Of a stretch of 64,000 nt of DNA, positions 9,455 through 17,776 are shown one piece after another. The first letter of the stretch is position 1. Every line of letters starts with the position of its first letter. Source of the DNA: an uncultured Candidatus Saccharibacteria bacterium (lineage in GTDB: Bacteria > Patescibacteriota > Minisyncoccia > Phycocordibacterales > UBA9973). Made by a program: the position numbers and the translations under genes. Below the pieces are notes generated by a model that was not told where the DNA came from, made no database searches, and was given only the letters and a program-made list of their open reading frames with translations. The stretch covers positions 8,419 to 72,418 of the forward strand of contig CAZIZK010000003.1 of assembly GCA_964544225.1 (NCBI GenBank), in the 5' to 3' direction.

Positions 9455-10481
9455 TGTTGGTACTTACAAGAACATCTTTATAATTATCAAAATCCTCGAG
9501 TATCACACCTGTGCCTCGGGCCACAGCTGTCAGAGGATCTTCGGCTACATATATAGGGATCTTTATTACTTGGTGCAGTAGTGTGTCCAGGCCCCGGATG
9601 AGTGCACCTCCACCGATAAGCACGACTCCGCGGTGCATAATGTCGGACAATAATTCCGGAGGAGTAGTCTCCAGAACTTCGCGTACACCGTCTACTAACA
9701 TGAGTATTGATGGTGTTATCGCTTCACGAATGTCTGCATCAGTCACTATCACTTCGCGAGGTAGACCTGTTACCAAGTCACGGCCTCGGACTTCGGCTTC
9801 CATATATTCGCCTTCTACGGCAGAACCGATAGCGATCTTTACACCCTCGGCAGTCTTCTCGCCTATGAGCAATTTAAACTCGTCTTTCATGTAGTTGATA
9901 ATATCGGTGTTGAGTTTGTCGCCAGCTATCTTCAAGTTCTTCGAACGTACTACACCAGAAAGTGATATCACAGCCACGTCAGTTGTACCACCACCAATAT
10001 CGATAACTACAGAACCGACTGGTTCCTTTACAGGCAGTGCTATACCTACGGCACCTGCCATCGGTTCCTCTACTATGTGAACTTCACGAGCACCAGCACT
10101 ACGAGCGGCGTCTTGAACTGCGCGGATCTCTACATTAGTTATACCTGTTGGCACACCCACTACTACACGTGGACGGATGAACTTCTTTGACATCTTCTCG
10201 GCTTTACCTATCAGGTAGGCTAGCATTTCTTCAGTCACTTCAAAGTCCGATATCACCCCATCTACAATAGGGCGTACAGCACGCACGTGCCCTGGTGTAC
10301 GGCCTAGCATCTGCTTTGCCTCGGCACCCACTGCCACGATCTGCCCTGTTTTATTATTGACCACCACAACAGAAGGCTCGTTGATAACGATGCCATGACC
10401 ATTTAGATACACGAGGGTATTTGCAGTACCTAGATCAATCCCTATATCATTTGAAAATGTTTTGTATATCTTTTTCAGCAT
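9435..10481 (-). CDS. mreB: Rod-shape-determining protein MreB (actin-like ATPase)
   Basis: It carries the diagnostic MreB motifs GIDLGTANTLVY and VIDIGGGTTDVAVISL. Confidence 0.95.
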   Translation of the reverse strand: MLKKIYKTFSNDIGIDLGTANTLVYLNGHGIVINEPSVVVVNNKTGQIVAVGAEAKQMLGRTPGHVRAVRPIVDGVISDFEVTEEMLAYLIGKAEKMSKKFIRPRVVVGVPTGITNVEIRAVQDAARSAGAREVHIVEEPMAGAVGIALPVKEPVGSVVIDIGGGTTDVAVISLSGVVRSKNLKIAGDKLNTDIINYMKDEFKLLIGEKTAEGVKIAIGSAVEGEYMEAEVRGRDLVTGLPREVIVTDADIREAITPSILMLVDGVREVLETTPPELLSDIMHRGVVLIGGGALIRGLDTLLHQVIKIPIYVAEDPLTAVARGTGVILEDFDNYKDVLVSTNNVLPPR

Positions 10482-11706
10482 AAATTTGTCCTTTCTCCTC
10501 TATCCTTTTCTTTACTTCGTAGCCACCATCTCTCAGACTCCTTGTCGATACTACCACACGATACGGAATTCCAATAAGGTCGGCATCGGCGAACTTCTCG
10601 CCAGCTGTGGTGTCAGCCCTGTCATCGTACAATACCTCTGTGCCACTTGAAATAAGTGATTCATACAATGCATCGGCCTTGGCTATCACTTCAGCATCAG
10701 CACCAAGTGATACGAGGTGCACCTTGAACGGTGCCACAGCCTCGGGCCAGATAATACCTTTGTCATCAGACAAAACTTCTACAATAGTACCCATTAGGCG
10801 TCCTGGGCCTATACCGTATGAGCCCATAAATACTGATTTACTTTCGCCTTCTTCTGTTTGGTATTTCAGATCAAGAGCGTCGGAAAAGCGTGTACCTAGG
10901 GTAAATATATTACCTACCTCTACCGCCCTGTTCTCTACCAAAGTTTCCTTCGACAAGCCTAGGCTTGTTAATACTTCATCATTGTAGACTTCCTTGTTCA
11001 CTGCGATTCCCTTTGATTCATCTACATATATAGTGTCCTCACCTGCGCCGGTGATAGTCTGGAACTCGTGCGAGAACTTCGAGAACATTCCACCCGAAGC
11101 AAAAGTCAGATATGTTAGGTGGCCGATACCTACACGCTTGAAAACATTCTTATAAGCTTCCTTTGCCTTCTCATAGAAAATATTATGTTCGGCCTCGTCG
11201 CGACAGAATGAGTATAGGTCCTTCATGACAAATTCGCGAGTACGCATAACACCGCTCTTTGCACGAGTTTCGTTGCGGAACTTGGTCTGGAATTGGTATA
11301 TAAATTTTGGCAAGTCACGATATGACTGCACGAAATTCTTTAGCATCTTTGTAATAGCTGCCTCGTGAGTTACAGCAAGACCTAGCTCGGTATCGTTCTT
11401 TAACTTTGTCTTGAACCATACGTCTACATTTGCATCGTTCCACTGATCTGTTGGTTCCCAAGTCTCCCTCTCTTGCAGTGATGTTAATACCACTTCCTGA
11501 CCATCGATAGCATTCATCTCCTCCCTTATAATATTCTCGATCTTTTTGAACACTTTTAGGCCCAGTGGCAAGTACGAGTAAACCCCCGCCATTTCCTTAT
11601 TTATAAAGCCTGCTTTTATTAAAAGCTCGGCATTCTTTGCCACCTCATCGGCTGGCATTTCCTTCTTTGTTTTAGTAAATAGTTGTGATTGTCGCATATA
11701 CCCCAT
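10447..11706 (-). CDS. proS: Prolyl-tRNA synthetase, short form without the INS editing domain
   Basis: A 419-aa protein beginning MRQSQLF.., with class-II core motifs and a C-terminal anticodon-binding region. Its 3' end overlaps the mreB start by 35 nt. Confidence 0.88.
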   Translation of the reverse strand: MGYMRQSQLFTKTKKEMPADEVAKNAELLIKAGFINKEMAGVYSYLPLGLKVFKKIENIIREEMNAIDGQEVVLTSLQERETWEPTDQWNDANVDVWFKTKLKNDTELGLAVTHEAAITKMLKNFVQSYRDLPKFIYQFQTKFRNETRAKSGVMRTREFVMKDLYSFCRDEAEHNIFYEKAKEAYKNVFKRVGIGHLTYLTFASGGMFSKFSHEFQTITGAGEDTIYVDESKGIAVNKEVYNDEVLTSLGLSKETLVENRAVEVGNIFTLGTRFSDALDLKYQTEEGESKSVFMGSYGIGPGRLMGTIVEVLSDDKGIIWPEAVAPFKVHLVSLGADAEVIAKADALYESLISSGTEVLYDDRADTTAGEKFADADLIGIPYRVVVSTRSLRDGGYEVKKRIEEKGQIYAEKDIQNIFK

Positions 11707-11783
11707 CTTACCCTAAAATCCCCTTTTGGGCAAAAATAAAAAGCCTCCGTTTCCAAAGGCCCTTTTAAATAGTTTTTGATCTT

Positions 11784-12050
11784 TTAGCTTTCTTTTCCCG
11801 ATTTTTCTTCTTCTTCCATTTTTTTGTTTTTCATAGCAATAATTATCTTATTCGTCATTAAATTTATTACCGTAATAATAAATTGACAAAAAGCTAGAAT
11901 TCCAAAATAAACACACAAAAGAATTGCCAGTCTGTAACTAAACCATTCGTTCCGGAAATCAGGTTTAAGTTCACTTAAAAATACAGCAAAAGCAAAAAAC
12001 ATTGCCATAGTTGGGATGCTAATAAGACTTGGAATTTTAATTTTTTTCAT
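11784..12050 (-). CDS. Hypothetical small membrane protein of 88 aa
   Basis: It has two predicted transmembrane helices and an acidic C-terminal tail. I recognise no homolog. It may be spurious. Confidence 0.35.
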   Translation of the reverse strand: MKKIKIPSLISIPTMAMFFAFAVFLSELKPDFRNEWFSYRLAILLCVYFGILAFCQFIITVINLMTNKIIIAMKNKKMEEEEKSGKES

Positions 12051-12344
12051 GATTTTTTAGTTTTTAGTTAGTTGTCAAAAGATTCCCTAAAAACCCTTTG
12101 ATAACTAACCAAAAAACTAAGTCATGAATATTTCAATTTGTGTGTATTATACCACATAAATACACTAAAAGTCAATAGGTCTTACTTCCCTACTTTACCA
12201 TTGCAAAATAAGGGATTTTCTGGTATTATTGGGCTTGTAATCCGTGAGGGGATTTTTTCATTTAAACCCCCTTGCCCCGTCGAAAAGGGCGAGCTGGAAT
12301 GCTTAAGAACGGGTTATATTATTAAGTAATTAACCATATAATAT

Positions 12345-13043
12345 ATGAGTAATACATCAAACAAAATCGATGCGATGTTTCAGGCAGGTACACACTTTGG
12401 GTACTCAAAGAGTCGCCGTCATCCATCAACTGTGCCATTTATCTTCAATACGAAGAATGGTGTAGACATTATAAATATTGAAAAGACAGAGGTAGATCTT
12501 GAAAAAGTTCTAGCATACGTATCATCACTTGCACAGTCTGGCAAAACAATCATGTTCGTAGGAACAAAGGCTGAGGCTCGTCATGCTACTGAAATAGCGG
12601 CCCTTGCACTAGGTATGCCATACGTTATCGAACGCTGGGTTGGTGGTACACTGACAAACTTCCCTGAGATAAAGAAGCGCATTACAAAGCTACTAGACTG
12701 GCGCGACCAAAAAGAAAAGGGTGGATTGGATAAATATACAAAGAAGGAACGCCTACTAATAGACCGCGAGATGGAGGACATGACTCGCAACTTCGAAGGT
12801 ATCACAGGTATGACAAAGGCTCCAGATGTAATGTTTGTTATCGATTCAAAGAAAGAACACATTGCAGTTACAGAAGCTCATAAAGTAAATATCCCTGTTA
12901 TTGCAGTATTGAACACTGACTGTAACATAAAGGAAGTAGAGCACCCTATCGTTGGTAACGACGGATCTGTGTCATCTATCACATTCTTCCTAGAAGCTAT
13001 CACAGAAGCTTACAAGAAGGGTCAAGCAGGCGAAACAAAATAA
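12345..13043 (+). CDS. rpsB: 30S ribosomal protein S2
   Basis: It contains FQAGTHFGYSKSRRHP..GGTLTNF, the canonical S2 sequence. Confidence 0.95.
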   Translation: MSNTSNKIDAMFQAGTHFGYSKSRRHPSTVPFIFNTKNGVDIINIEKTEVDLEKVLAYVSSLAQSGKTIMFVGTKAEARHATEIAALALGMPYVIERWVGGTLTNFPEIKKRITKLLDWRDQKEKGGLDKYTKKERLLIDREMEDMTRNFEGITGMTKAPDVMFVIDSKKEHIAVTEAHKVNIPVIAVLNTDCNIKEVEHPIVGNDGSVSSITFFLEAITEAYKKGQAGETK

Positions 13044-13088
13044 TATCCATCTGGAAATTATAATTAGTACTTTAAATTTAAAATAAAT

Positions 13089-13871
13089 ATGTCAACACAA
13101 ATAACAACAGAACAAGTAAAAGAATTAAGGGACTCAACTGGTGTGTCTGTAATGCAATGCCGTACTGCCCTAGTAGAAGCTGAGGGTGATATGGAAAAAG
13201 CATTATTGATATTGAAGAAGAAGTCTAGTGATATCGCTATGAAGAAGTCTGATCGTACTGCAAGTGAGGGTACAATAGTTGTTGTGGGTGATAGTAAAAA
13301 GGTAGTATTGTTAACTCTACACTGCGAGACAGACTTCGTAGCAAAGAACGAGGACTTTACAAACCTTGCTAACACTCTTGCAAACAAGGCTCTAACAGAT
13401 GGTATCGACGCTATGAAAGAAGCTTCTACAGAGATGATAAACCAAGTTGTACAAAAGGTTGGTGAGAAGCTAGAGCTAGGTACGACAGATGAGATAACTG
13501 GCGACACTATCGGTAGCTATGTACACGCTGGCAAGAGCGCTGTGATCGTATCTATGAAGGGTGGTAACGCAGATATTGCCCGTGATATAGCTATGCATAT
13601 AGCAGCTATGAAGCCTGCATACATGACTCGCGAGGAGATCGATGCAGATGCTCAGGCAAAAGTAAAAGAAATGTTCATGAAGGATGTTGCTGAGTCTGAC
13701 AAGCCACAAGAGATAAAGGACAAGATGCTCGAAGGTAAAATATCTACATACTTCAAAGAACAGACATTAGTAGACCAGAGCTTTGTAAAGAATCCTGACA
13801 TCACAGTAGGTGCATTACTTGCACAAAATGGTGCTTCATTGGTACAATTCATACGTGAGTCTATAAGTTAA
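13089..13871 (+). CDS. tsf: Elongation factor Ts
   Basis: It contains the UBA-like N-terminus VKELRDSTGVSVMQCRTALVEAEGDMEKAL and is arranged in the usual rpsB-tsf pair. Confidence 0.9.
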   Translation: MSTQITTEQVKELRDSTGVSVMQCRTALVEAEGDMEKALLILKKKSSDIAMKKSDRTASEGTIVVVGDSKKVVLLTLHCETDFVAKNEDFTNLANTLANKALTDGIDAMKEASTEMINQVVQKVGEKLELGTTDEITGDTIGSYVHAGKSAVIVSMKGGNADIARDIAMHIAAMKPAYMTREEIDADAQAKVKEMFMKDVAESDKPQEIKDKMLEGKISTYFKEQTLVDQSFVKNPDITVGALLAQNGASLVQFIRESIS

Positions 13872-13874
13872 ACT

Positions 13875-14309
13875 ATGATCATTATTACAATTACAATCTT
13901 TATTGTTGCTATTGTTGCATCACTTTGCCTCCTAAGCTATAGTGCTTGGGAGGTGGAGACTGGTGTACGCAAGGAAGACACATATCCAGTGTTCAAAATC
14001 TCGATTAGGAAAACCGAGAAATATGTGCTATATTACACCAAATGGATATTGCAAAGTATTGTAATAAACATTGTAAAAGTTTGGTTTATATTGGTTGTAA
14101 AGACAAAGAAATTCCTAAAAGAAAAGTGGCCACAGTTAGTCCACAAGCTACGCCCAAAGCCTCTTGAGGCCGGTGAACGCCCATCTTTTGTACGTAAAGC
14201 TGTTATCGAATCAAAGATAAAGATCAAGCGCGTAAAGGAAAACATACGTGAAAAGCACAAAGTAAAAGTAAAGACAGAAGAATTAGAAAATACTGAGACT
14301 GTTGAATAA
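13875..14309 (+). CDS. Hypothetical membrane protein of 144 aa with a basic C-terminal tail
   Basis: It starts 4 nt after the tsf stop. It has two hydrophobic helices followed by a Lys/Arg-rich tail. I recognise no homolog. Confidence 0.45.
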   Translation: MIIITITIFIVAIVASLCLLSYSAWEVETGVRKEDTYPVFKISIRKTEKYVLYYTKWILQSIVINIVKVWFILVVKTKKFLKEKWPQLVHKLRPKPLEAGERPSFVRKAVIESKIKIKRVKENIREKHKVKVKTEELENTETVE

Positions 14310-14409
14310 ATTACTTTTTAAAAAAAATTAATATGCCACTTTATGCTGTTTTGGTAGGTATAAGAAGTAAGTAATAAATTTAGGTTTGAAGTGTTCGATA
14401 AATTAATAC

Positions 14410-14482
14410 GCCGCTTTAGCTCAGTTGGTAGAGCAACGCTTTTGTAAAGCGAAGGTCCTCGGTTCAAGTCCGAGAAGCGGCT
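14410..14482 (+). tRNA. tRNA-Thr (anticodon UGU)
   Basis: A cloverleaf of 73 nt: acceptor stem GCCGCTT/AAGCGGC, D-arm GCTC-AGTTGGTA-GAGC, anticodon loop TTTGTAA, variable loop AGGTC, T-arm CTCGG-TTCAAGT-CCGAG, discriminator U. Confidence 0.85.
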
Positions 14483-14530
14483 CAAGGTAAGTATATAGGT
14501 TCTGTTCAAATATAACTAAACAAAATAAAA

Positions 14531-14557
14531 ACTCCCGTACGGGAGTTTTTATTTTTT
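14531..14557. terminator. Bidirectional intrinsic terminator
   Basis: The palindrome ACTCCCG-TA-CGGGAGT is flanked by an A-run upstream and TTTTTATTTTTT downstream. It lies between the plus-strand tRNA-Thr and the 3' end of the minus-strand CDS 14559..15254. Confidence 0.6.
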
Positions 14558-14558
14558 A

Positions 14559-15254
14559 TTAATTTGTATTCTCAGTTTGTACTTTAGTTTCTACTTTTTC
14601 TTTTGGTAGCAACTTCTTCAAGCCTGGTTCAGTCTTCTCGATCTCCTCGATAGTGTGGAAGCCTGTCATCTTCTTGTTGTTGATTATCAGTGCTGGAAGC
14701 TTTGTATCGTCTACCTTGTAGATCTTTAGCAGTGCACGCAATGCTGATAGGTCCAGATTGTAATCAAATGAATATACTCGCAAATCTGGGTACTTGTTAC
14801 GTAGCTCTGTCAGTACGAAGCCTTGCTTTGCACAGTCTGTACAGTTAGCGGCTGTAGTGTAGAAGTATAGTACCGGGATACGCTTTTGGCCACATTTGTC
14901 ATTGATCTTCTTTGTTAAAAGGTAATCTTTGATTTGTAGTATTGTATAGTAACGCTTCAGTTCCAGTACTGTATCGTTACCCTTCAAATTACGCTCACTG
15001 TATTCGATCTTGCTAGCTAAATCATTAAGTTCAATAGACAAGTTCTCTTCCCCATCGTCTTGATCACAAGACAGTTCTGAAAGTAATGAGAACTGAGTTT
15101 CAGAAGACATGATATCAGTAGCCAGCTTGTTCTGTATATCACGCATTAGTTGTATCTTCTTGTTTGTAAAGAAGTTACTTAGTCCCCCTGCTGTTGCAAA
15201 GAGTCCTAGTGTAATTAAGAAAACAATAATATATTTCTTCCAATCATTTTTCAT
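14559..15254 (-). CDS. Membrane-anchored protein with a C-terminal thioredoxin-like CxxC region
   Basis: It has an N-terminal transmembrane helix, a coiled-coil middle and a C-terminal region with a CTDC motif (YFYTTAANCTDCAKQGF), which suggests a thioredoxin or glutaredoxin fold. Confidence 0.55.
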   Translation of the reverse strand: MKNDWKKYIIVFLITLGLFATAGGLSNFFTNKKIQLMRDIQNKLATDIMSSETQFSLLSELSCDQDDGEENLSIELNDLASKIEYSERNLKGNDTVLELKRYYTILQIKDYLLTKKINDKCGQKRIPVLYFYTTAANCTDCAKQGFVLTELRNKYPDLRVYSFDYNLDLSALRALLKIYKVDDTKLPALIINNKKMTGFHTIEEIEKTEPGLKKLLPKEKVETKVQTENTN

Positions 15255-15259
15255 ATATT

Positions 15260-16531
15260 TTAATTTTGTGTAAGTGAATAATCTCTTTCATTAACCCAAC
15301 TTGCTTCATGATTTGTTATTGCATTCCATAATGCCTTTAGAAGCCAAAAAGGTGCAATAACAGTATACACAATAATAAATAAAAGTATATCCCAAGATAG
15401 GGCCTTGCGTCCATACACCATCCTACGGCCGTTCAACAAGGCTACAATAACCAGTATGTATAGTAGTAGCGATACGAACATAAAGGCCTTTGTATCTATG
15501 AAGAACGGGTCTATAGTAACTCGTGAACCAAATAACGAATCTACCCCTACAGCCTGAACCTGTGTCACCTTTCTGAGTATAAAGTTGTATATCTGACTCA
15601 GACTAAATACAAGAAGAAATATAGTACCAGATATAGATATAAGGCCTGATGGCAGTGTAAACATGCCTACAGCCCCATAACGTGGCCTAAATATCAGCTC
15701 CTTGTAATCGCGGGCATTTTGCAAGAATCCATATATCCAGCGTACTCTCTGGCGAAACAATTTTGGCACACTACTTGGACCACCTGTATATACATAAGCG
15801 TCTGGGCAGTGGTTGATCTTGTAGCCAAATTTGTGCATACGCAAAGCTATCTCTTGGTCCTCGGTATGATGCGCCTTGCGGTATGGACCCAAGTCATCAA
15901 ATACTTTCTTACGAAAGATCGAGAATGGTCCCGGAGTCACATGGATACCCTCCATAAAAGCCAGCATCTTCTTTGTATAATGAGCCATATCGTACTCTGC
16001 GCGTTGAGCGTATTGGATAATACTCTTCGGGTCACGAACGATGATAGACGGTGCTACTGCCATAGTATCCAAATCATCAAAATAAGTAATGATACGCTTC
16101 AGTGCCTCGGGATGTACAGATGAGTCTGAATCCAGACATCCTACGAATTCAGATGTAGTTTTAGTCAGTCCATAGTTGAGTGCTGTGTGCTTGCCACCAT
16201 TTTCCTTTTTATACAAAGATACTTGCGGATTGTTAGCGTACTTTTGCAATACTTCCCAAGTCTTGTCTTTCGATCCGTCATCCACAGCGATTATGGATAA
16301 TTTATCTTTTGGATATTCGAGTGCTAGAAGCGAATCTACAGTTAGGCATATAACAGCCTCTTCGTTGTAGCAAGGTATAATGATAGTCACACTTGGGTAT
16401 TTATCCAGGGCAATATCATGTATTCGAATATTTATCTCTTTCCTGTTCTCGAAATATGTTATAAGTAAAAAAACTTGCACATAAACGGCAAGGAAGGACA
16501 TCGTGTAAAAGAGTATTAAAAACACTGACAT
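15260..16531 (-). CDS. Family-2 glycosyltransferase, processive polysaccharide synthase type (PgaC, IcaA or chitin-synthase-like)
   Basis: It contains IIIPCYNEE, DDGSKD and the processive beta-GT motif QRVRWIYG (QxxRW). Transmembrane helices flank the catalytic domain. Confidence 0.85.
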   Translation of the reverse strand: MSVFLILFYTMSFLAVYVQVFLLITYFENRKEINIRIHDIALDKYPSVTIIIPCYNEEAVICLTVDSLLALEYPKDKLSIIAVDDGSKDKTWEVLQKYANNPQVSLYKKENGGKHTALNYGLTKTTSEFVGCLDSDSSVHPEALKRIITYFDDLDTMAVAPSIIVRDPKSIIQYAQRAEYDMAHYTKKMLAFMEGIHVTPGPFSIFRKKVFDDLGPYRKAHHTEDQEIALRMHKFGYKINHCPDAYVYTGGPSSVPKLFRQRVRWIYGFLQNARDYKELIFRPRYGAVGMFTLPSGLISISGTIFLLVFSLSQIYNFILRKVTQVQAVGVDSLFGSRVTIDPFFIDTKAFMFVSLLLYILVIVALLNGRRMVYGRKALSWDILLFIIVYTVIAPFWLLKALWNAITNHEASWVNERDYSLTQN

Positions 16532-16561
16532 ATTCCCCTATACTAGCATTTTTACGCCTTT

Positions 16562-16610
16562 TTTTCAATAGAAAATACCCCTATCAAATAGGGGTATTTT
16601 CTATTGAAAA
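16562..16610. promoter_or_regulatory. Perfect 23-bp inverted repeat (hairpin with a 3-nt loop) about 30 nt upstream of the GT2 start codon
   Basis: TTTTCAATAGAAAATACCCCTAT-CAA-ATAGGGGTATTTTCTATTGAAAA. No U-tract follows it on either strand, so it is not a canonical terminator. Confidence 0.55.
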
Positions 16611-16616
16611 CCTATA

Positions 16617-16919
16617 TTATATAGTCTTTGGAGTTTCAGCACATTCACCTTTGCAAGTCTTACATGGGCAACCAAATATACTAACAAGTGTACATACACC
16701 TACAACAACATATATGATAGCCTCAAGTGTTGGCATAGATCCTAGTAACAAATTCACAACGTTCAAATTTGTACCAATAAGCATACCCACACCTGTAAGA
16801 CCCCAGTTCAAACCACCAACCATTACCAATACATTGGCAATCTTTGCAAGGACACACTTATGACAGTGGCATCCACCCTTTCCATCGATAGCACAAACAC
16901 CGTTATTACAATTACACAT
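16617..16919 (-). CDS. DUF378-family small membrane protein with Cys/His-rich termini
   Basis: The central membrane region contains the GGLNWGLTGVG motif typical of DUF378. It is flanked by an N-terminal CNCNNGVC..CHCHKC cluster and a C-terminal CPCKTCKGEC cluster. Confidence 0.7.
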   Translation of the reverse strand: MCNCNNGVCAIDGKGGCHCHKCVLAKIANVLVMVGGLNWGLTGVGMLIGTNLNVVNLLLGSMPTLEAIIYVVVGVCTLVSIFGCPCKTCKGECAETPKTI

Positions 16920-17020
16920 ATTTATTAAAACAATTAAAATTATAATGACCTTTTATATTTATATTATATCACAATAACATGTATGGTGTGCAAGTATGTA
17001 AATATGCTACAATAAAACAT

Positions 17021-17716
17021 ATGGAAAATAACACAAAACAAACTATATCAACCCCTGTTGCTATTATTATCGCGGGTTTTCTTATTATGATTGGTATTAT
17101 AGTAACAAAAATGCCAGCAAAAAATGACATTAAAACAGATATTGCAGATACACAAACAAGCATCGACTCTATGAAGCCAATATCAAAAGATGATCATGTT
17201 TTTGGTGACCTATCAAAGGCTCAAGTCGTAATAGTTGAATACTCCGATACAGAGTGCCCTTTCTGCAAGAATTTCCACAAATCTATTCACAAAGAAATAG
17301 CTAAATACGGTGACAAAGTGGCTTGGGTTTACCGCCACTTCCCACTAGACTCTATCCACCCAAAGACTCGCATGGAGGCTCGTGCTACAGAATGTGTGGC
17401 TTCTATCGTAGGTAACGATGTTTTCTGGAAATATCTCGATGTAATATTCGACAAGACTCCTGCTAATAATGGTCTAGATCTTGCCCAACTTCCAGTATTT
17501 GCTGAAGCCCTCGGTGTAGACAAGGCAAAATTTGCAGATTGTTATGCAAAGACAGACATGGATGCTGTAGTTGAAGCTCAATACCAAGATGGAGTAAATA
17601 TTGGAGTAACAAGTACACCGTATTCTATAATTATGGATCGTTCTGGCAACAAGGTTCCTATACGTGGTGCAGATGAGCAAGCATTATCATCCACCCTTGC
17701 CGACATGTTGAAGTAA
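17021..17716 (+). CDS. DsbA-family thiol:disulfide oxidoreductase, membrane-anchored
   Basis: The start was set at the ATG at 17021 (MENNTKQ...). It has a transmembrane helix and a thioredoxin fold with the CPFC active site (EYSDTECPFCKNFH). Confidence 0.8.
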   Translation: MENNTKQTISTPVAIIIAGFLIMIGIIVTKMPAKNDIKTDIADTQTSIDSMKPISKDDHVFGDLSKAQVVIVEYSDTECPFCKNFHKSIHKEIAKYGDKVAWVYRHFPLDSIHPKTRMEARATECVASIVGNDVFWKYLDVIFDKTPANNGLDLAQLPVFAEALGVDKAKFADCYAKTDMDAVVEAQYQDGVNIGVTSTPYSIIMDRSGNKVPIRGADEQALSSTLADMLK

Positions 17717-17740
17717 ATAAATTAAATCATACAATTAAAA

Positions 17741-17765
17741 AGCCCTACATATGTAGGGCTTTTTA
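17741..17765. terminator. Bidirectional intrinsic terminator
   Basis: AAAAAGCCCTACAT-ATGTAGGGCTTTTT lies between the convergent dsbA-like gene and rpoD. Confidence 0.65.
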
Positions 17766-17776
17766 ATTGTAGAATA

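Noticed and set aside
12138-12329. A 63-aa ORF upstream of rpsB
   Set aside because: It has no ribosome-binding site and an odd composition, and it sits in the probable rpsB leader, so it is more likely non-coding.
14318-14509. A 63-aa minus-strand ORF
   Set aside because: It overlaps the well-formed tRNA-Thr gene on the opposite strand, so it is spurious.
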